Assembly: GCA_041576165.1 (NCBI GenBank)
Contig: JBFGLM010000005.1
Location: 74,581-138,580 of the forward strand
Direction of reading: 5' to 3'
Source of the DNA: Acidimicrobiia bacterium
GTDB taxonomy: Bacteria > Actinomycetota > Acidimicrobiia > Spongiisociales > Spongiisociaceae
DNA length: 64,000 nt
In this document: positions 28,328 through 37,572 of the stretch, in pieces
How the letters are laid out: every line of letters begins with the position of its first letter
Numbering within the stretch: the stretch's first letter is position 1
Translations under genes and position numbers: made by a program
Notes under the pieces: generated by a model
What the model was told of the DNA's origin: nothing
What the model saw: only the letters and a program-made list of their open reading frames with translations
Databases searched by the model: none

Positions 28328-30922
28328 GTGAAAGGCGGTGTGGAGACTCGTCTGGTCTACACCCTCAGCGTTGATCTGATCGAGTCAACGCTCGAGGGCA
28401 TCGCCATGACTCAGCGCGAACTGGACCGCTTCAATCGAGCGCTGGTGGCGCAGATCGAACCGCACCTCGACGCGCTGGGGTTCGAAGATCTACTCGCGAA
28501 GTTCACCGGAGACGGCTGGCTGCTCATGAGCCCGGAGCTGCACGACGCCGAACGCCTGTGCGCACTGGCTGCCATCATGAAGATCAGCTTTCATCGTGAC
28601 ATCGAGGAACGAACCGGACTGTCGCGGTCCCGGATCCCCGATTTGCGCATGGCGCTGTGCAGCGGCCGTGACATCCGCATTCACCTGTGGCAGGGCTCCT
28701 TTGACTGGGTGGGCGATAGTGCCCGGCGGGCCGCCCGCAGCGCTCAGTTTGCCTATCCGAACGAGGTGCTGATCGATGCTTCGGTCAATTCCCTCGTCAT
28801 GCGCGACTTCGTGACCACCCAGATCGATCCGGGCGTGCGGCCTACTGCGCCCAAACGACTCGAGGAAGACATTCCGCTGTGGGCGCTGGGCGAGCTGCGG
28901 ATCGAGGCGGCCGAGGACTGGGAAACCGCCGCGGCCTACGTGTACGCGCTCGGACAGGTGGGACGAACCGAAGACGCGGCCGCCGCCTCTTTACGCGCTG
29001 CGGACCGGCTGGAGTCCGAAGGCCTGCTCACCAACCCGGAGCCGGGTTCCACGATCGGGCGCTGGAACCGGCTGATCAGCACCGCTCCGACCTACGAGGC
29101 GGTACTCGACCTGTGGAGACGGCTGGAAGAGTGCGGCGCCCGTCCCAACCTCGTCACCCTCAACACGCTGATCGAACGTTCCCCGTCCCATGACGAAATC
29201 GAGCGATGGACGGACACGCTGACTGAACGCGGGATCCGCCTCGACGCAACGACCTATCGATTGATGATCGGACGGGCGCCGGACTTCGACGCCGCGCTGA
29301 AGGTCTTGTCCGAGATGGATTCGGCCGGGGTTGAGCCCGATGCGGAGATCCTCGAAGCGCTGGTTGTCCGGGCTCCGACCTACCGTGCCGCGGTCCGGCT
29401 CGTACGCATGATGCTCACCCGCGACGTGCGACCAACCGTCGAGATCTTCCGCCGGCTCGTCGCCAAGGCCCCCGGCTACGACGTGGCGATCGGGGTGCTG
29501 GACCTGATGGACCAGTGGCGGGTGGCGCCGGATGTTTCGATATTCAACCGACTCGTGCAGCGGGCTCCCTCCTACGACGATGCCGTGTCGTGGCTGGACA
29601 CGATGGCCGGCCGCAGTGTCATGCCCGACATCACCACCTTCAACACGCTCATTGCGCGGGCCGGGCGCTACGGCGCTGCGGTCGGCTGGCTGGACGACAT
29701 GGAGGCGCGGGGGGTGCGCCCGGATGTCTCGACCTTCAACGTCTTGGTCTCCCGCGCCCCCGACTACGAAGTGGCGGTGGCGCTGCTGCGGCGCATGCCC
29801 GAGCGCGGAGTCCGCCCCAACTCGGAAACGTACAAGACGCTGATCGGTCACGCTCCCCACTACGGGGCCGCAGTGGGCTGGCTCGACGAGATGCGCACGG
29901 AAGGCATCCGCCCCAACAATGAGGTCTTCAAAGCCCTCATCGAAAAGGCACCCGATTACGACAGCGCCGTCCGGTGGCTCAACGACATGGGGCAGGCGGG
30001 AGTGGCTCCCAACACCGAGACGTACCGCACGCTCATGTCCAAGGCTCCGGATCTCCTCGAAGCGCTGAACCTGCTGGACAACATGGCTGAGAACGGGGTG
30101 CAGGCCACGTCTGAGACGTTCAAGACCTTGGTTGGTTGCACGGGGTCAAGCGACGAGGCATTGGATGTGATCGCCAGGATGCCGGCGGCGGGTGTGAGAG
30201 CCACAGCCGAGATCTACCAGCCCCTCATAGCCGGGGCCGGATCGCTGCAAGAGGCGCGAGCCTGGCTGGATCACATGTATGCCAGCGGGGTGGAGCCCAC
30301 GACGGAAACGCTGACCGCCGTTTTGCGGAAATCCTCGACGTACGACGAGGCGGAGGTCCTGCTCGACACGATGCGAACGAGTATCGAGCCCAACGAGGGC
30401 GCATACCGGGTGCTGGTCGAGTTGTCGCCGGACATGCTGACTGCGCAGGGGTGGGTGGAGGAGATGAGGGAAGAGGGCATGCGGCCCAGCGCCGCGATTC
30501 TCGAAGCGCTTCTGGGCAAGGATCCAGGAGACATCTCGGCCCAGGCGCTGCTGGATTGGTATCTCAGTCTCGACTATCACCCTGCCGGTCCTATGGCTGC
30601 TGCGATCGACTCCTATGTCGAGCGTGGCTCGGTCCAGGATGCGCTGCGGCTCACGCTCGACTATCCGCACCTGGAGGCCGCCCGGCAGGTGTTCGCCGAT
30701 CACGGGGATGACGCGCTGGTGTACTTCAATGATGTGGTCAGCCGTGAACCGGGACACCCGAACGGTCGCTATGCCATGGGGCTGGCGCTGATCGAGGCGG
30801 GCAAGCCCCACGAAGCGCTGTCCCATCTCGAGGTCGCCATGGAACTCGCCCGGCCCGGGCCTCGGGTGGCGGCGCTCGACGAGATCATCCGCTCCATCCG
30901 CAGTCAGCTCGAAACACCGTGA
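28328..30922 (+). CDS. Class III nucleotidyl-cyclase-like domain + 15 PPR-like repeats + TPR
   Basis: AGGAGA RBS then GTG 28328 (alternative 28340). Cyclase motifs SVDLIEST, KFTGDG, LRMALCSG, DWVGDSARRAAR, PNEVLID; repeats such as VSTFNVLVSRAPDYEVAVALLRRMPERGVRPN; C-terminal TPR-like RYAMGLALIEAGKPHEALSHLEVA. Confidence 0.85.
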   Translation: MKGGVETRLVYTLSVDLIESTLEGIAMTQRELDRFNRALVAQIEPHLDALGFEDLLAKFTGDGWLLMSPELHDAERLCALAAIMKISFHRDIEERTGLSRSRIPDLRMALCSGRDIRIHLWQGSFDWVGDSARRAARSAQFAYPNEVLIDASVNSLVMRDFVTTQIDPGVRPTAPKRLEEDIPLWALGELRIEAAEDWETAAAYVYALGQVGRTEDAAAASLRAADRLESEGLLTNPEPGSTIGRWNRLISTAPTYEAVLDLWRRLEECGARPNLVTLNTLIERSPSHDEIERWTDTLTERGIRLDATTYRLMIGRAPDFDAALKVLSEMDSAGVEPDAEILEALVVRAPTYRAAVRLVRMMLTRDVRPTVEIFRRLVAKAPGYDVAIGVLDLMDQWRVAPDVSIFNRLVQRAPSYDDAVSWLDTMAGRSVMPDITTFNTLIARAGRYGAAVGWLDDMEARGVRPDVSTFNVLVSRAPDYEVAVALLRRMPERGVRPNSETYKTLIGHAPHYGAAVGWLDEMRTEGIRPNNEVFKALIEKAPDYDSAVRWLNDMGQAGVAPNTETYRTLMSKAPDLLEALNLLDNMAENGVQATSETFKTLVGCTGSSDEALDVIARMPAAGVRATAEIYQPLIAGAGSLQEARAWLDHMYASGVEPTTETLTAVLRKSSTYDEAEVLLDTMRTSIEPNEGAYRVLVELSPDMLTAQGWVEEMREEGMRPSAAILEALLGKDPGDISAQALLDWYLSLDYHPAGPMAAAIDSYVERGSVQDALRLTLDYPHLEAARQVFADHGDDALVYFNDVVSREPGHPNGRYAMGLALIEAGKPHEALSHLEVAMELARPGPRVAALDEIIRSIRSQLETP
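29054..30490 (+). repeat. Array of 15 PPR-like protein repeats (14 x 32 aa, 1 x 31 aa; 96-nt period)
   Basis: Hand alignment: each unit has xxT(F/Y)xxL(I/V)xxAPxYxxAxxxLxxMxxxGVxP(D/N/T), which matches the PPR consensus minus three residues at the helix A-B turn. Confidence 0.85.
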
Positions 30923-30993
30923 TGGCGGCACCCGGCCGGGACCGATCCCCCGACCTGGCAGAACCCTCGGCGGGCGCGGAGGGTGAGCACGGC

Positions 30994-31872
30994 ATGAGGG
31001 TGGGGGTCCAGGTGCCTGAGGTCGAACGCTTCGTCCCGTGGTCCGAGTACGCGCACATCGCACACGCAGCCGAGCGGGGCGGCCTGGATTCGCTGTGGGT
31101 GGGAGACCATTTGCTCTACGACTTGCCGGACGGCACGACTCGGGGGCCGTGGGAGTGCTGGACGCTGCTCGCCGGCCTGGCGGCGGTGACGCAACGGGTC
31201 ACGCTGGCCCCGCTGGTGGCCTCCACAAGCTTCCACGCACCCGCCATGCTGGCCAAGCTCGCTAGCACCGTCGACGCGATCTCCGGCGGGCGGCTCGTCT
31301 TGGGCCTCGGAGCGGGATGGAACGAGCGGGAGTACCAGGCGTACGGTTTCCCGTTTGACCGCCGGGTCAGTCGCTTCGAGGAGGCGTTCATGATCATCCA
31401 CACCCTCGTGCGGGAGGGTCGAATCGATTTCGAGGGGGAGTTCTACAGGTTGCAGAACATGGTCCTGGACCCTCCCGCTCGGGCGGACATGCCAATCCTC
31501 GTGGGGTCGACGGGTCCCCGCATGCTCGCCATCACCGCCCCGTTCATGGATATGTGGAACACGTGGTACGCCGACTTCAACAACGATCCTGCGCGGTTGG
31601 GGGAACGCCTCGCCCTGGTGGACGAAGCCGCCATCGCGGCCGGTCGAGACCCGGCCGAGATCGAACGCACCGCGGCATTGTTGTTGCAGCTGGGTGACGC
31701 CCCGACTCGCCGGAACAGTCAGAACCCCATCACGGATCTGGACCGGCTGCCGGCAGCGCTCGACGCCCTGGCGGAGGCGGGGATTTCACACGCCCAGCTG
31801 GTGCTCGACCCGATCACGGCCGAGACTGTTGCCACTGCCGCCCAACTCGTCGAGGCGTGGCGTTCCGGTTGA
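30994..31872 (+). CDS. LLM-class flavin/F420-dependent oxidoreductase
   Basis: DSLWVGDH, LAKLASTVDAISGGRLVLGLGAGW; alternative start GTG 30919 overlaps the PPR gene stop. Confidence 0.88.
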   Translation: MRVGVQVPEVERFVPWSEYAHIAHAAERGGLDSLWVGDHLLYDLPDGTTRGPWECWTLLAGLAAVTQRVTLAPLVASTSFHAPAMLAKLASTVDAISGGRLVLGLGAGWNEREYQAYGFPFDRRVSRFEEAFMIIHTLVREGRIDFEGEFYRLQNMVLDPPARADMPILVGSTGPRMLAITAPFMDMWNTWYADFNNDPARLGERLALVDEAAIAAGRDPAEIERTAALLLQLGDAPTRRNSQNPITDLDRLPAALDALAEAGISHAQLVLDPITAETVATAAQLVEAWRSG

Positions 31873-31928
31873 ACTCCCGGTCCGGCCCGCTGACGCCCGT
31901 GTCGTGCCCACCCGCTAGCGTCCTCGCC

Positions 31929-32825
31929 GTGGAGAAGAGCCGCACATTGCTGCCGCATCGCCCGCTGGACCTACGTCGCACGTTTCACGTGACTGGTCTG
32001 AAGGGCCCGAACCAGCGCGTGGCCGATGGGGGGCTGTGGCGGGCCAGCCGCACCCCGGAAGGTCCGGGCACGATCCGGCTTTCGATAACGGCGGCCGGCG
32101 AGCTGGAAGCCACTGCGTGGGGACGGGGCAGTGAATGGCTACTCGAGCGGCTGCCCGCCATCGTCGGCGAAACCGACGATCTGGCCGGGTTCCGGGCACG
32201 TGACGACGTTGTGCGCGGCCTTCTTCGGCAAGCCCGGGGGCTGCGGCTCCCGGCTGTCGGCGCCATGGTCGAGGTGCTGATCCCGATCATCCTCGCGCAG
32301 AAGGTCACCGGGGTTGCGGCCGGTCGCAGTTACCGCAGGCTGATGGCCCGCTTCGGTGAGTCGGCACCTGGGCCGGCCGGGCTGCGTCTCTCCCCGGACC
32401 CAGCGGTGCTCGGCGCCCTGCCCTACTACGACCTGCACCCCATGGGGATCGAAAAACGGAAGGCAGACGTGATCGGCCGGGTGTGCCGGGAGGCTGTCAG
32501 GCTGCAGGCTGCGGTGAACATGGATCGGACCACGGCGTACGCGGCGCTGCAGGCCATCCGTGGAATCGGCCCCTGGTCGTCCGCGCGCGCGATGATGGTC
32601 GTGGCGGGTGACCCGGACGCAGTGCCGGTCGGTGATTACCACATTCCCAACTCCGTCACATGGGCGCTGGCCAACGAACCGCGGGGGACCGACGAGCGGA
32701 TGCTCGAGTTGCTCGAACCATATGCCGGGCAACGAGGCAGGGTGGTCAGGATGATCGAGGCCTACGCCGGACAGGCGCCGGCATACGGTCCGAAGCTGGC
32801 GCCCCGGGCGTTCGGGACGCAGTAG
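31929..32825 (+). CDS. HhH-GPD DNA glycosylase (AlkA / 3-methyladenine glycosylase II family)
   Basis: ILAQKV, HhH IRGIGPWS, GDPDAVPVGDYH, LLEPYAGQR. Confidence 0.85.
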   Translation: MEKSRTLLPHRPLDLRRTFHVTGLKGPNQRVADGGLWRASRTPEGPGTIRLSITAAGELEATAWGRGSEWLLERLPAIVGETDDLAGFRARDDVVRGLLRQARGLRLPAVGAMVEVLIPIILAQKVTGVAAGRSYRRLMARFGESAPGPAGLRLSPDPAVLGALPYYDLHPMGIEKRKADVIGRVCREAVRLQAAVNMDRTTAYAALQAIRGIGPWSSARAMMVVAGDPDAVPVGDYHIPNSVTWALANEPRGTDERMLELLEPYAGQRGRVVRMIEAYAGQAPAYGPKLAPRAFGTQ

Positions 32826-32848
32826 CAGGAGCCGGCGGCCGGCGGCTC

Positions 32849-33844
32849 TCAGCCGGCGTCTGCAGCAGCCTTGCGCAGTTCCGGTAAAACCTCGACTTCC
32901 ATCATGTTCATCAGCTCGTCGACCCGGGTGGTGGCTACCTGGATCGAGATGTAGTCGGCGCCGATCTCGTTCACCAACGGCAGGTAGGCGTCGATGAGGC
33001 CCGCCACGTCCCCGACGATGGTGTAGCGGTCCAGTATGTCGGAGCGTTCCATCTCATCGGCCCGCTGGCGCAGCACCATCGGGTCGACCGCTTCCAGCCG
33101 GCCCGGCGCCCGTAGTCCCCGCATCGAGCCGAGGGCCCGCCAGGCATCATCGGCGTCGGCCGCGAACACCGTCCAGCGGGTGGCCAGAATCCGGCCCGCG
33201 TTGCCGTGCTTCTCGGATGACTCCCGAAAAGGTCCAATCACCCGCTCGATGGTCTCCGACGGGTTTTTCACCGACGTGATCAGACCGTCCGCCCGCCGGC
33301 CGGCGAAAGTTGCCGACTGGGGACCCCCGGCTGCCATCAGGATCGGCAGCTTCTCGGTCAGCGGAGGACTGTACAGCTGGGCCTTGTCGGTGGTGTACCA
33401 GTCACCTGCGAAATCGAGCTTCTCTCCGGCGAGGAGGCGATGCATGATCTCGAGGGCCTCGCGCATCCTGCCGATGCGTTCCTTGTAGTCGCCGAACTCG
33501 AATCCGAGCGGGCCCTCGTTGATGTTCTCGCCGGTACCCACTCCCAGGATGAAACGCCCGCCGCTGAGCCGGTCGACCGTGGCGGCCGCCTGGGCGATGA
33601 GCGCAGGGTGATAGTGATACAGCGGGCACGTGACCGACGTCGCAAGTTCCAGGTCGGTCCGCGCGGCGACGGAACCCAGCCAGCTCCACACGAAGCCTGA
33701 TGCCGACTCATCATCGACCCAGGGGTGGAAATGATCCGAACCCAGCACCAGGTCGAACCCTGCCTCCTCAGCCCGAACCGCCTGGTCGACCAGGACCTCC
33801 GGTTGGAAGGATTCATGCGAACAGAGCCAGCCGAACTTCACCAT
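32849..33844 (-). CDS. F420-dependent LLM oxidoreductase (Fgd-like family)
   Basis: SHESFQP, SDHFHPW, TSVTCP..YHPALIAQAAAT, GVGTGENINE. Confidence 0.85.
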   Translation of the reverse strand: MVKFGWLCSHESFQPEVLVDQAVRAEEAGFDLVLGSDHFHPWVDDESASGFVWSWLGSVAARTDLELATSVTCPLYHYHPALIAQAAATVDRLSGGRFILGVGTGENINEGPLGFEFGDYKERIGRMREALEIMHRLLAGEKLDFAGDWYTTDKAQLYSPPLTEKLPILMAAGGPQSATFAGRRADGLITSVKNPSETIERVIGPFRESSEKHGNAGRILATRWTVFAADADDAWRALGSMRGLRAPGRLEAVDPMVLRQRADEMERSDILDRYTIVGDVAGLIDAYLPLVNEIGADYISIQVATTRVDELMNMMEVEVLPELRKAAADAG

Positions 33845-33925
33845 GGAACCAATCCCTTCAAAACGTGAGCCGATCCTATCGGTGCGCCCGGTGGCGCGGA
33901 AACGCCCGCCTCGGCGACTGGGGAC

Positions 33926-34927
33926 TCAGCCCCCTGCCAGTTCCCAAACGTGATGGGCGATGGCGTCAGCGGTGGGCCGGCCATTCTCGGCCATGTCGAC
34001 AATCGAGAAATGTCCGACCCCATCGAGCTCACGGTATTTCACGGAGTAGCCGCCGGAGTCGAGTGCGGCCGCGAACTGGACTGAGAACTCCGGGTCCACA
34101 ACCGGGTCGCGCCCCCCGTGCAGCATCAGCACGGACACGTCGGGATTCCGTCCCAGGTACGTGTACGGATTGCCCGTTGCCCACGCCTCCGGGATCTCGG
34201 TACGCAACCCTCCGAATTGGAGCGCAAGGAACGGGAATTGGTCTGAATCGTACGGTCCCGAGATGCCCACGAAGCCGGCGACTGGAGAGGGCTCCTCGAT
34301 GCATTCAGCACTGAATTCCTCAGGGGCGAGCGCTACCACCGCCCCGATGTGGGCGCCGGCCGAGAATCCAACAAGGGTCGTGGGCGGACCGCCCCCGTAG
34401 TCGGCGGAACGGGTCTCGGCGAAAGCGAGGGCACAGGCCACCTCTTGGAACATCTGCGGAAAGGCGCCATCCCGCTCCAGGGGCCGGTACTCGACGTTGA
34501 ATACCACCACCCCGTGACGGGCCAGCGTACGGGCCAGACCGGCCAGATCCTCCTTACGGCCCGAAACCCAGCCGCCCCCGTGGATCGTGATCGCCACCGG
34601 CCAGGGCCCCGGATCCGCCGGGAAGAACACGTCCGCCGGCAGACCCCCGGGGACCGCCACATCGTGGTCCTCCCGGATCGCGAGGTCGTCGGGAGTGTGA
34701 CGCGGAATGGGTGCGGTCGTGGGCGGGGCGGGAGCCCGGGTGATCGAGGTGGTCGCGTTGCCGGCGGGCGCGAAGGTGGCGACCGTCGAACTCGCCGTGC
34801 TCGCAGGCGGAAACCTGTCGACCGCCGGGCTCTCGCCTGCTGCTGCGTCCCCATCTGCGGCCGGCGCAGTTTCGCAGGCTGCCAGCAGCGTCACCAGAAT
34901 CACGAGACCCGTCAGCGCGCGTTTCAT
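33926..34927 (-). CDS. Lipoprotein esterase/lipase (alpha/beta hydrolase)
   Basis: Lipobox LAAC; HGGGW, GFSAG, HGGRDPVV, GVGH. Confidence 0.85.
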   Translation of the reverse strand: MKRALTGLVILVTLLAACETAPAADGDAAAGESPAVDRFPPASTASSTVATFAPAGNATTSITRAPAPPTTAPIPRHTPDDLAIREDHDVAVPGGLPADVFFPADPGPWPVAITIHGGGWVSGRKEDLAGLARTLARHGVVVFNVEYRPLERDGAFPQMFQEVACALAFAETRSADYGGGPPTTLVGFSAGAHIGAVVALAPEEFSAECIEEPSPVAGFVGISGPYDSDQFPFLALQFGGLRTEIPEAWATGNPYTYLGRNPDVSVLMLHGGRDPVVDPEFSVQFAAALDSGGYSVKYRELDGVGHFSIVDMAENGRPTADAIAHHVWELAGG

Positions 34928-35781
34928 GCGCCCGACAACCGCTCCAGCAGGAGGTGCGTGGCCCAGTTGGCGCCCTCCCCCCATTCGGCCACGACGACCC
35001 GCACCTGATCTTCGTCGAGGAGGTCATCTTGCTCCGCGACATACCGGCTGATGGCCTTGCGGACGCCGAGATCGCCGGCCGCAATCACATGACCGCGACC
35101 CAGACACCGGGCCAGGAGCCAGTCGGCGCTCCAGCGACCGATACCTCGAATCGCGGTGACGTGGTCCATCACGGCTGCATCGCTCATGTTTTCCAACCCG
35201 GCGAGGTGGCCGTCCGCCGCCGCCTGGGCGAGGCCGACGATGTACTCGGCCTTGCGCATGGTGAACTGCATGTCTCGCAGCGCGGCCGGGTCGACCGGTG
35301 CCAGCATCTCGGGGGACGGGAACCGCCAGACCGTCTGCCCGTCGATGTGATGCGCCGAACCGAATCGTCCGACGAGGCGCCGTCGAGTGGTAGTCGCCCA
35401 CGTCAGATTCACCTGTTGAGCCGTGATCGCGGTGACCAGCGCTTCGAAGGGGTCGGCGACCAGCGGAGGTCGGTAACCGGCGAGGCGCCGTGACTGCTCG
35501 GCCACCGGCGGCACGGCCAGTGCAGCCGGAGTGGGCCGGGGAAGCGCTTCGGCTAGGCGGTGCGACAGATCGGCATTGGCCCGGCCCGGGTCTCCCAATA
35601 CGTGCAGCTCGACCGCGTACGCGTCGAGCTGGCGTGCCCGGTAGACGGTGCCATCGGGTGTGACCCGGTGGTAGCACCCGTCTGTCACCGTGTTGACCGG
35701 ATCGTCCCCCCACCGGGTGTATCGGGCGATACACGCTCGGAGATCGAGCGGCCGGTCGGTTATCCAGGTGGTGCGCTCCAT
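34924..35781 (-). CDS. alkA: DNA-3-methyladenine glycosylase II (AlkA family)
   Basis: DPFEALVTAITAQQV, FPSPE, RKAEYI, IRGIGRWSA, AGDLGVRKA. Confidence 0.85.
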   Translation of the reverse strand: MERTTWITDRPLDLRACIARYTRWGDDPVNTVTDGCYHRVTPDGTVYRARQLDAYAVELHVLGDPGRANADLSHRLAEALPRPTPAALAVPPVAEQSRRLAGYRPPLVADPFEALVTAITAQQVNLTWATTTRRRLVGRFGSAHHIDGQTVWRFPSPEMLAPVDPAALRDMQFTMRKAEYIVGLAQAAADGHLAGLENMSDAAVMDHVTAIRGIGRWSADWLLARCLGRGHVIAAGDLGVRKAISRYVAEQDDLLDEDQVRVVVAEWGEGANWATHLLLERLSGA

Positions 35782-35886
35782 GGCCGCGGAGAGTGTATGC
35801 GGCCCGTGGACGTAGCCGGATCGCCCCCGGTGCCGGGCCGTGGGCCGTTTCAAGATTTCGGCCTAACCCGTCGATAACCACTGGGA

Positions 35887-37563
35887 GTGACGGGCGAACG
35901 CAAGGAGTGTCGTTTGAGTCTGGTTTCCCGTGGCCGCTGGATCCTGATCCTGGCGGCCGTCGCCGTGTCCGCCGCCCTTTTGCCGCGCTCGCAGTCAGCG
36001 GCGGGTGACGTCGACCCGGTGTCGGTGATCGTGCAAGTCGAGCCCGGGGACCTCGATCGGGTCCGCGCGGCAGTGATGGGAATCGGAGGTCGGGTGACCA
36101 TCGATCTGCCGATCATCAACGGGTTTGCCGCCTCCTTGCCGGCGACCGCCCGCGCCTGGCTGTCAGACCTGCCCGGGGTCAGCCGGGTCACCGAGGATTC
36201 CACTGTCTTTCTGCACGGCCGTCGGACAGACCACGACGTGGAGGGGCCACCGATCTCCACCCTCACCACGACCGTACTGGATGTCGACCGGCTATGGCGG
36301 CGAGGTGTGACCGGCGACGGTGTCGGCGTTGCCCTGATCGATTCAGGCGTCGCCCCGGTAGGTGGTCTCGACGCCGACGGCAAGATCGTCAACGGGCCCG
36401 ACCTCTCCTTCGACTCGCAGTTCGAGAACCTGCGCTATCTGGACATCTACGGGCACGGCACCCATCTGGCCGGGATTATCGCCGGCGCCGATCCGGCGGT
36501 CGGGCCGCAACCGGATTCCGCCGTGGTCCGGGAGCATTTCGCTGGGATCGCCCCAGGCGCTCACATCGTCAACGTCAAGGTGGCAGACGGACTTGGCACC
36601 GCCGACGTGTCCCAGGTGATAGCCGGCATCCAGTGGGTTGTGGCGCACAAAGACGACCCCGAAGCGAATATCGAGATCCTGACCCTGGCTTTTGGGACCG
36701 ACGGCGTTCAGGACTACCGGATCGATCCGCTGGCATATGCGATTGAGCGAGCCTGGCATTCCGGTCTCGTTGTTGTCGCTGCCGCCGGCAATGACGGCAA
36801 CGGACACGCCTTGCGCAACCCCGCCTCCGATCCATATGTCATCGCCGTCGGGGCGGCTGATTACGGAGATCCAAAGCGTCGTCACGACGACGTAGTCCTC
36901 GACTTCTCCAACTGTGGGCTGGGTGACCGCAGGGTCGACGTGATTGCCCCCGGGCGCTCGGTTTCCTCGCTGCGCGTTCCCAACTCTTACATCGATTCGA
37001 CATACCCGGACGCAGCGGACGGGGAGCGATTCTTCCGGGGGACGGGCACTTCTCAGGCCGCCGCGGTCACGGCTGGGGTTGTTGCTCTCATGCTCGATGC
37101 CCGGCCCGAGCTGACGCCGGATCAAGTCAAGGCTTTGCTGGTGGGTACCGCCGATCGGATTCGGAGCGCCGAGGGTGCCTGCGCCGGTCGGGGCATGATC
37201 GATGCCCGGCAGGCGGCGACCAGGATAGCTCCGCGCGACGCCGGCCAGAGTTGGGCCGTCGCGGATGGCAGCGGTTCGCTCGAGGCGGCACGTGGGTCGT
37301 ACCACGTGTACCAGAACGGTGTGCCGTTGATCGGCGAGGTCGACGTCACGGGCACTCTCTGGTCGGGTGGCACGTGGTCGGGTGGTACGTGGTCGGGTGG
37401 TACGTGGTCGGGTGGTACGTGGTCGGGTGGTACGTGGTCGGGTGGCACGTGGTCGGGTGGTACGTGGTCGGGTGGCACGTGGTCGGGTGGCACGTGGTCG
37501 GGCGGTACCTGGTCGGGCGGTACCTGGTCGGGCGGTACCTGGTCGGTGAGCGACTGGGATTGA
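35887..37563 (+). CDS. Secreted S8 subtilase with C-terminal (WSGGT)12 tail
   Basis: Signal peptide, I9-like propeptide (LPIINGFAA), triad IDSG / HGTHLAG / GTSQAA, oxyanion AAGN; exact start uncertain. Confidence 0.92.
   Translation: MTGERKECRLSLVSRGRWILILAAVAVSAALLPRSQSAAGDVDPVSVIVQVEPGDLDRVRAAVMGIGGRVTIDLPIINGFAASLPATARAWLSDLPGVSRVTEDSTVFLHGRRTDHDVEGPPISTLTTTVLDVDRLWRRGVTGDGVGVALIDSGVAPVGGLDADGKIVNGPDLSFDSQFENLRYLDIYGHGTHLAGIIAGADPAVGPQPDSAVVREHFAGIAPGAHIVNVKVADGLGTADVSQVIAGIQWVVAHKDDPEANIEILTLAFGTDGVQDYRIDPLAYAIERAWHSGLVVVAAAGNDGNGHALRNPASDPYVIAVGAADYGDPKRRHDDVVLDFSNCGLGDRRVDVIAPGRSVSSLRVPNSYIDSTYPDAADGERFFRGTGTSQAAAVTAGVVALMLDARPELTPDQVKALLVGTADRIRSAEGACAGRGMIDARQAATRIAPRDAGQSWAVADGSGSLEAARGSYHVYQNGVPLIGEVDVTGTLWSGGTWSGGTWSGGTWSGGTWSGGTWSGGTWSGGTWSGGTWSGGTWSGGTWSGGTWSGGTWSVSDWD
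37360..37539 (+). repeat. 12 x 15-bp coding tandem repeat (TGGTCGGGYGGYACS) encoding WSGGT
   Basis: Read directly; all differences between units are synonymous third-position changes. Confidence 0.97.
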
Positions 37564-37572
37564 TGAGGCGTC

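Noticed and set aside
28328-30922. Calling the PPR-cyclase a bona fide Pycsar or CBASS system
   Set aside because: No adjacent cNMP-binding TIR/TM effector or other defence genes; a defence role remains only a hypothesis.
37360-37539. 15-bp tandem repeat as a CRISPR array or non-coding VNTR
   Set aside because: No spacers, no cas genes; in frame within the protease with only synonymous variation.
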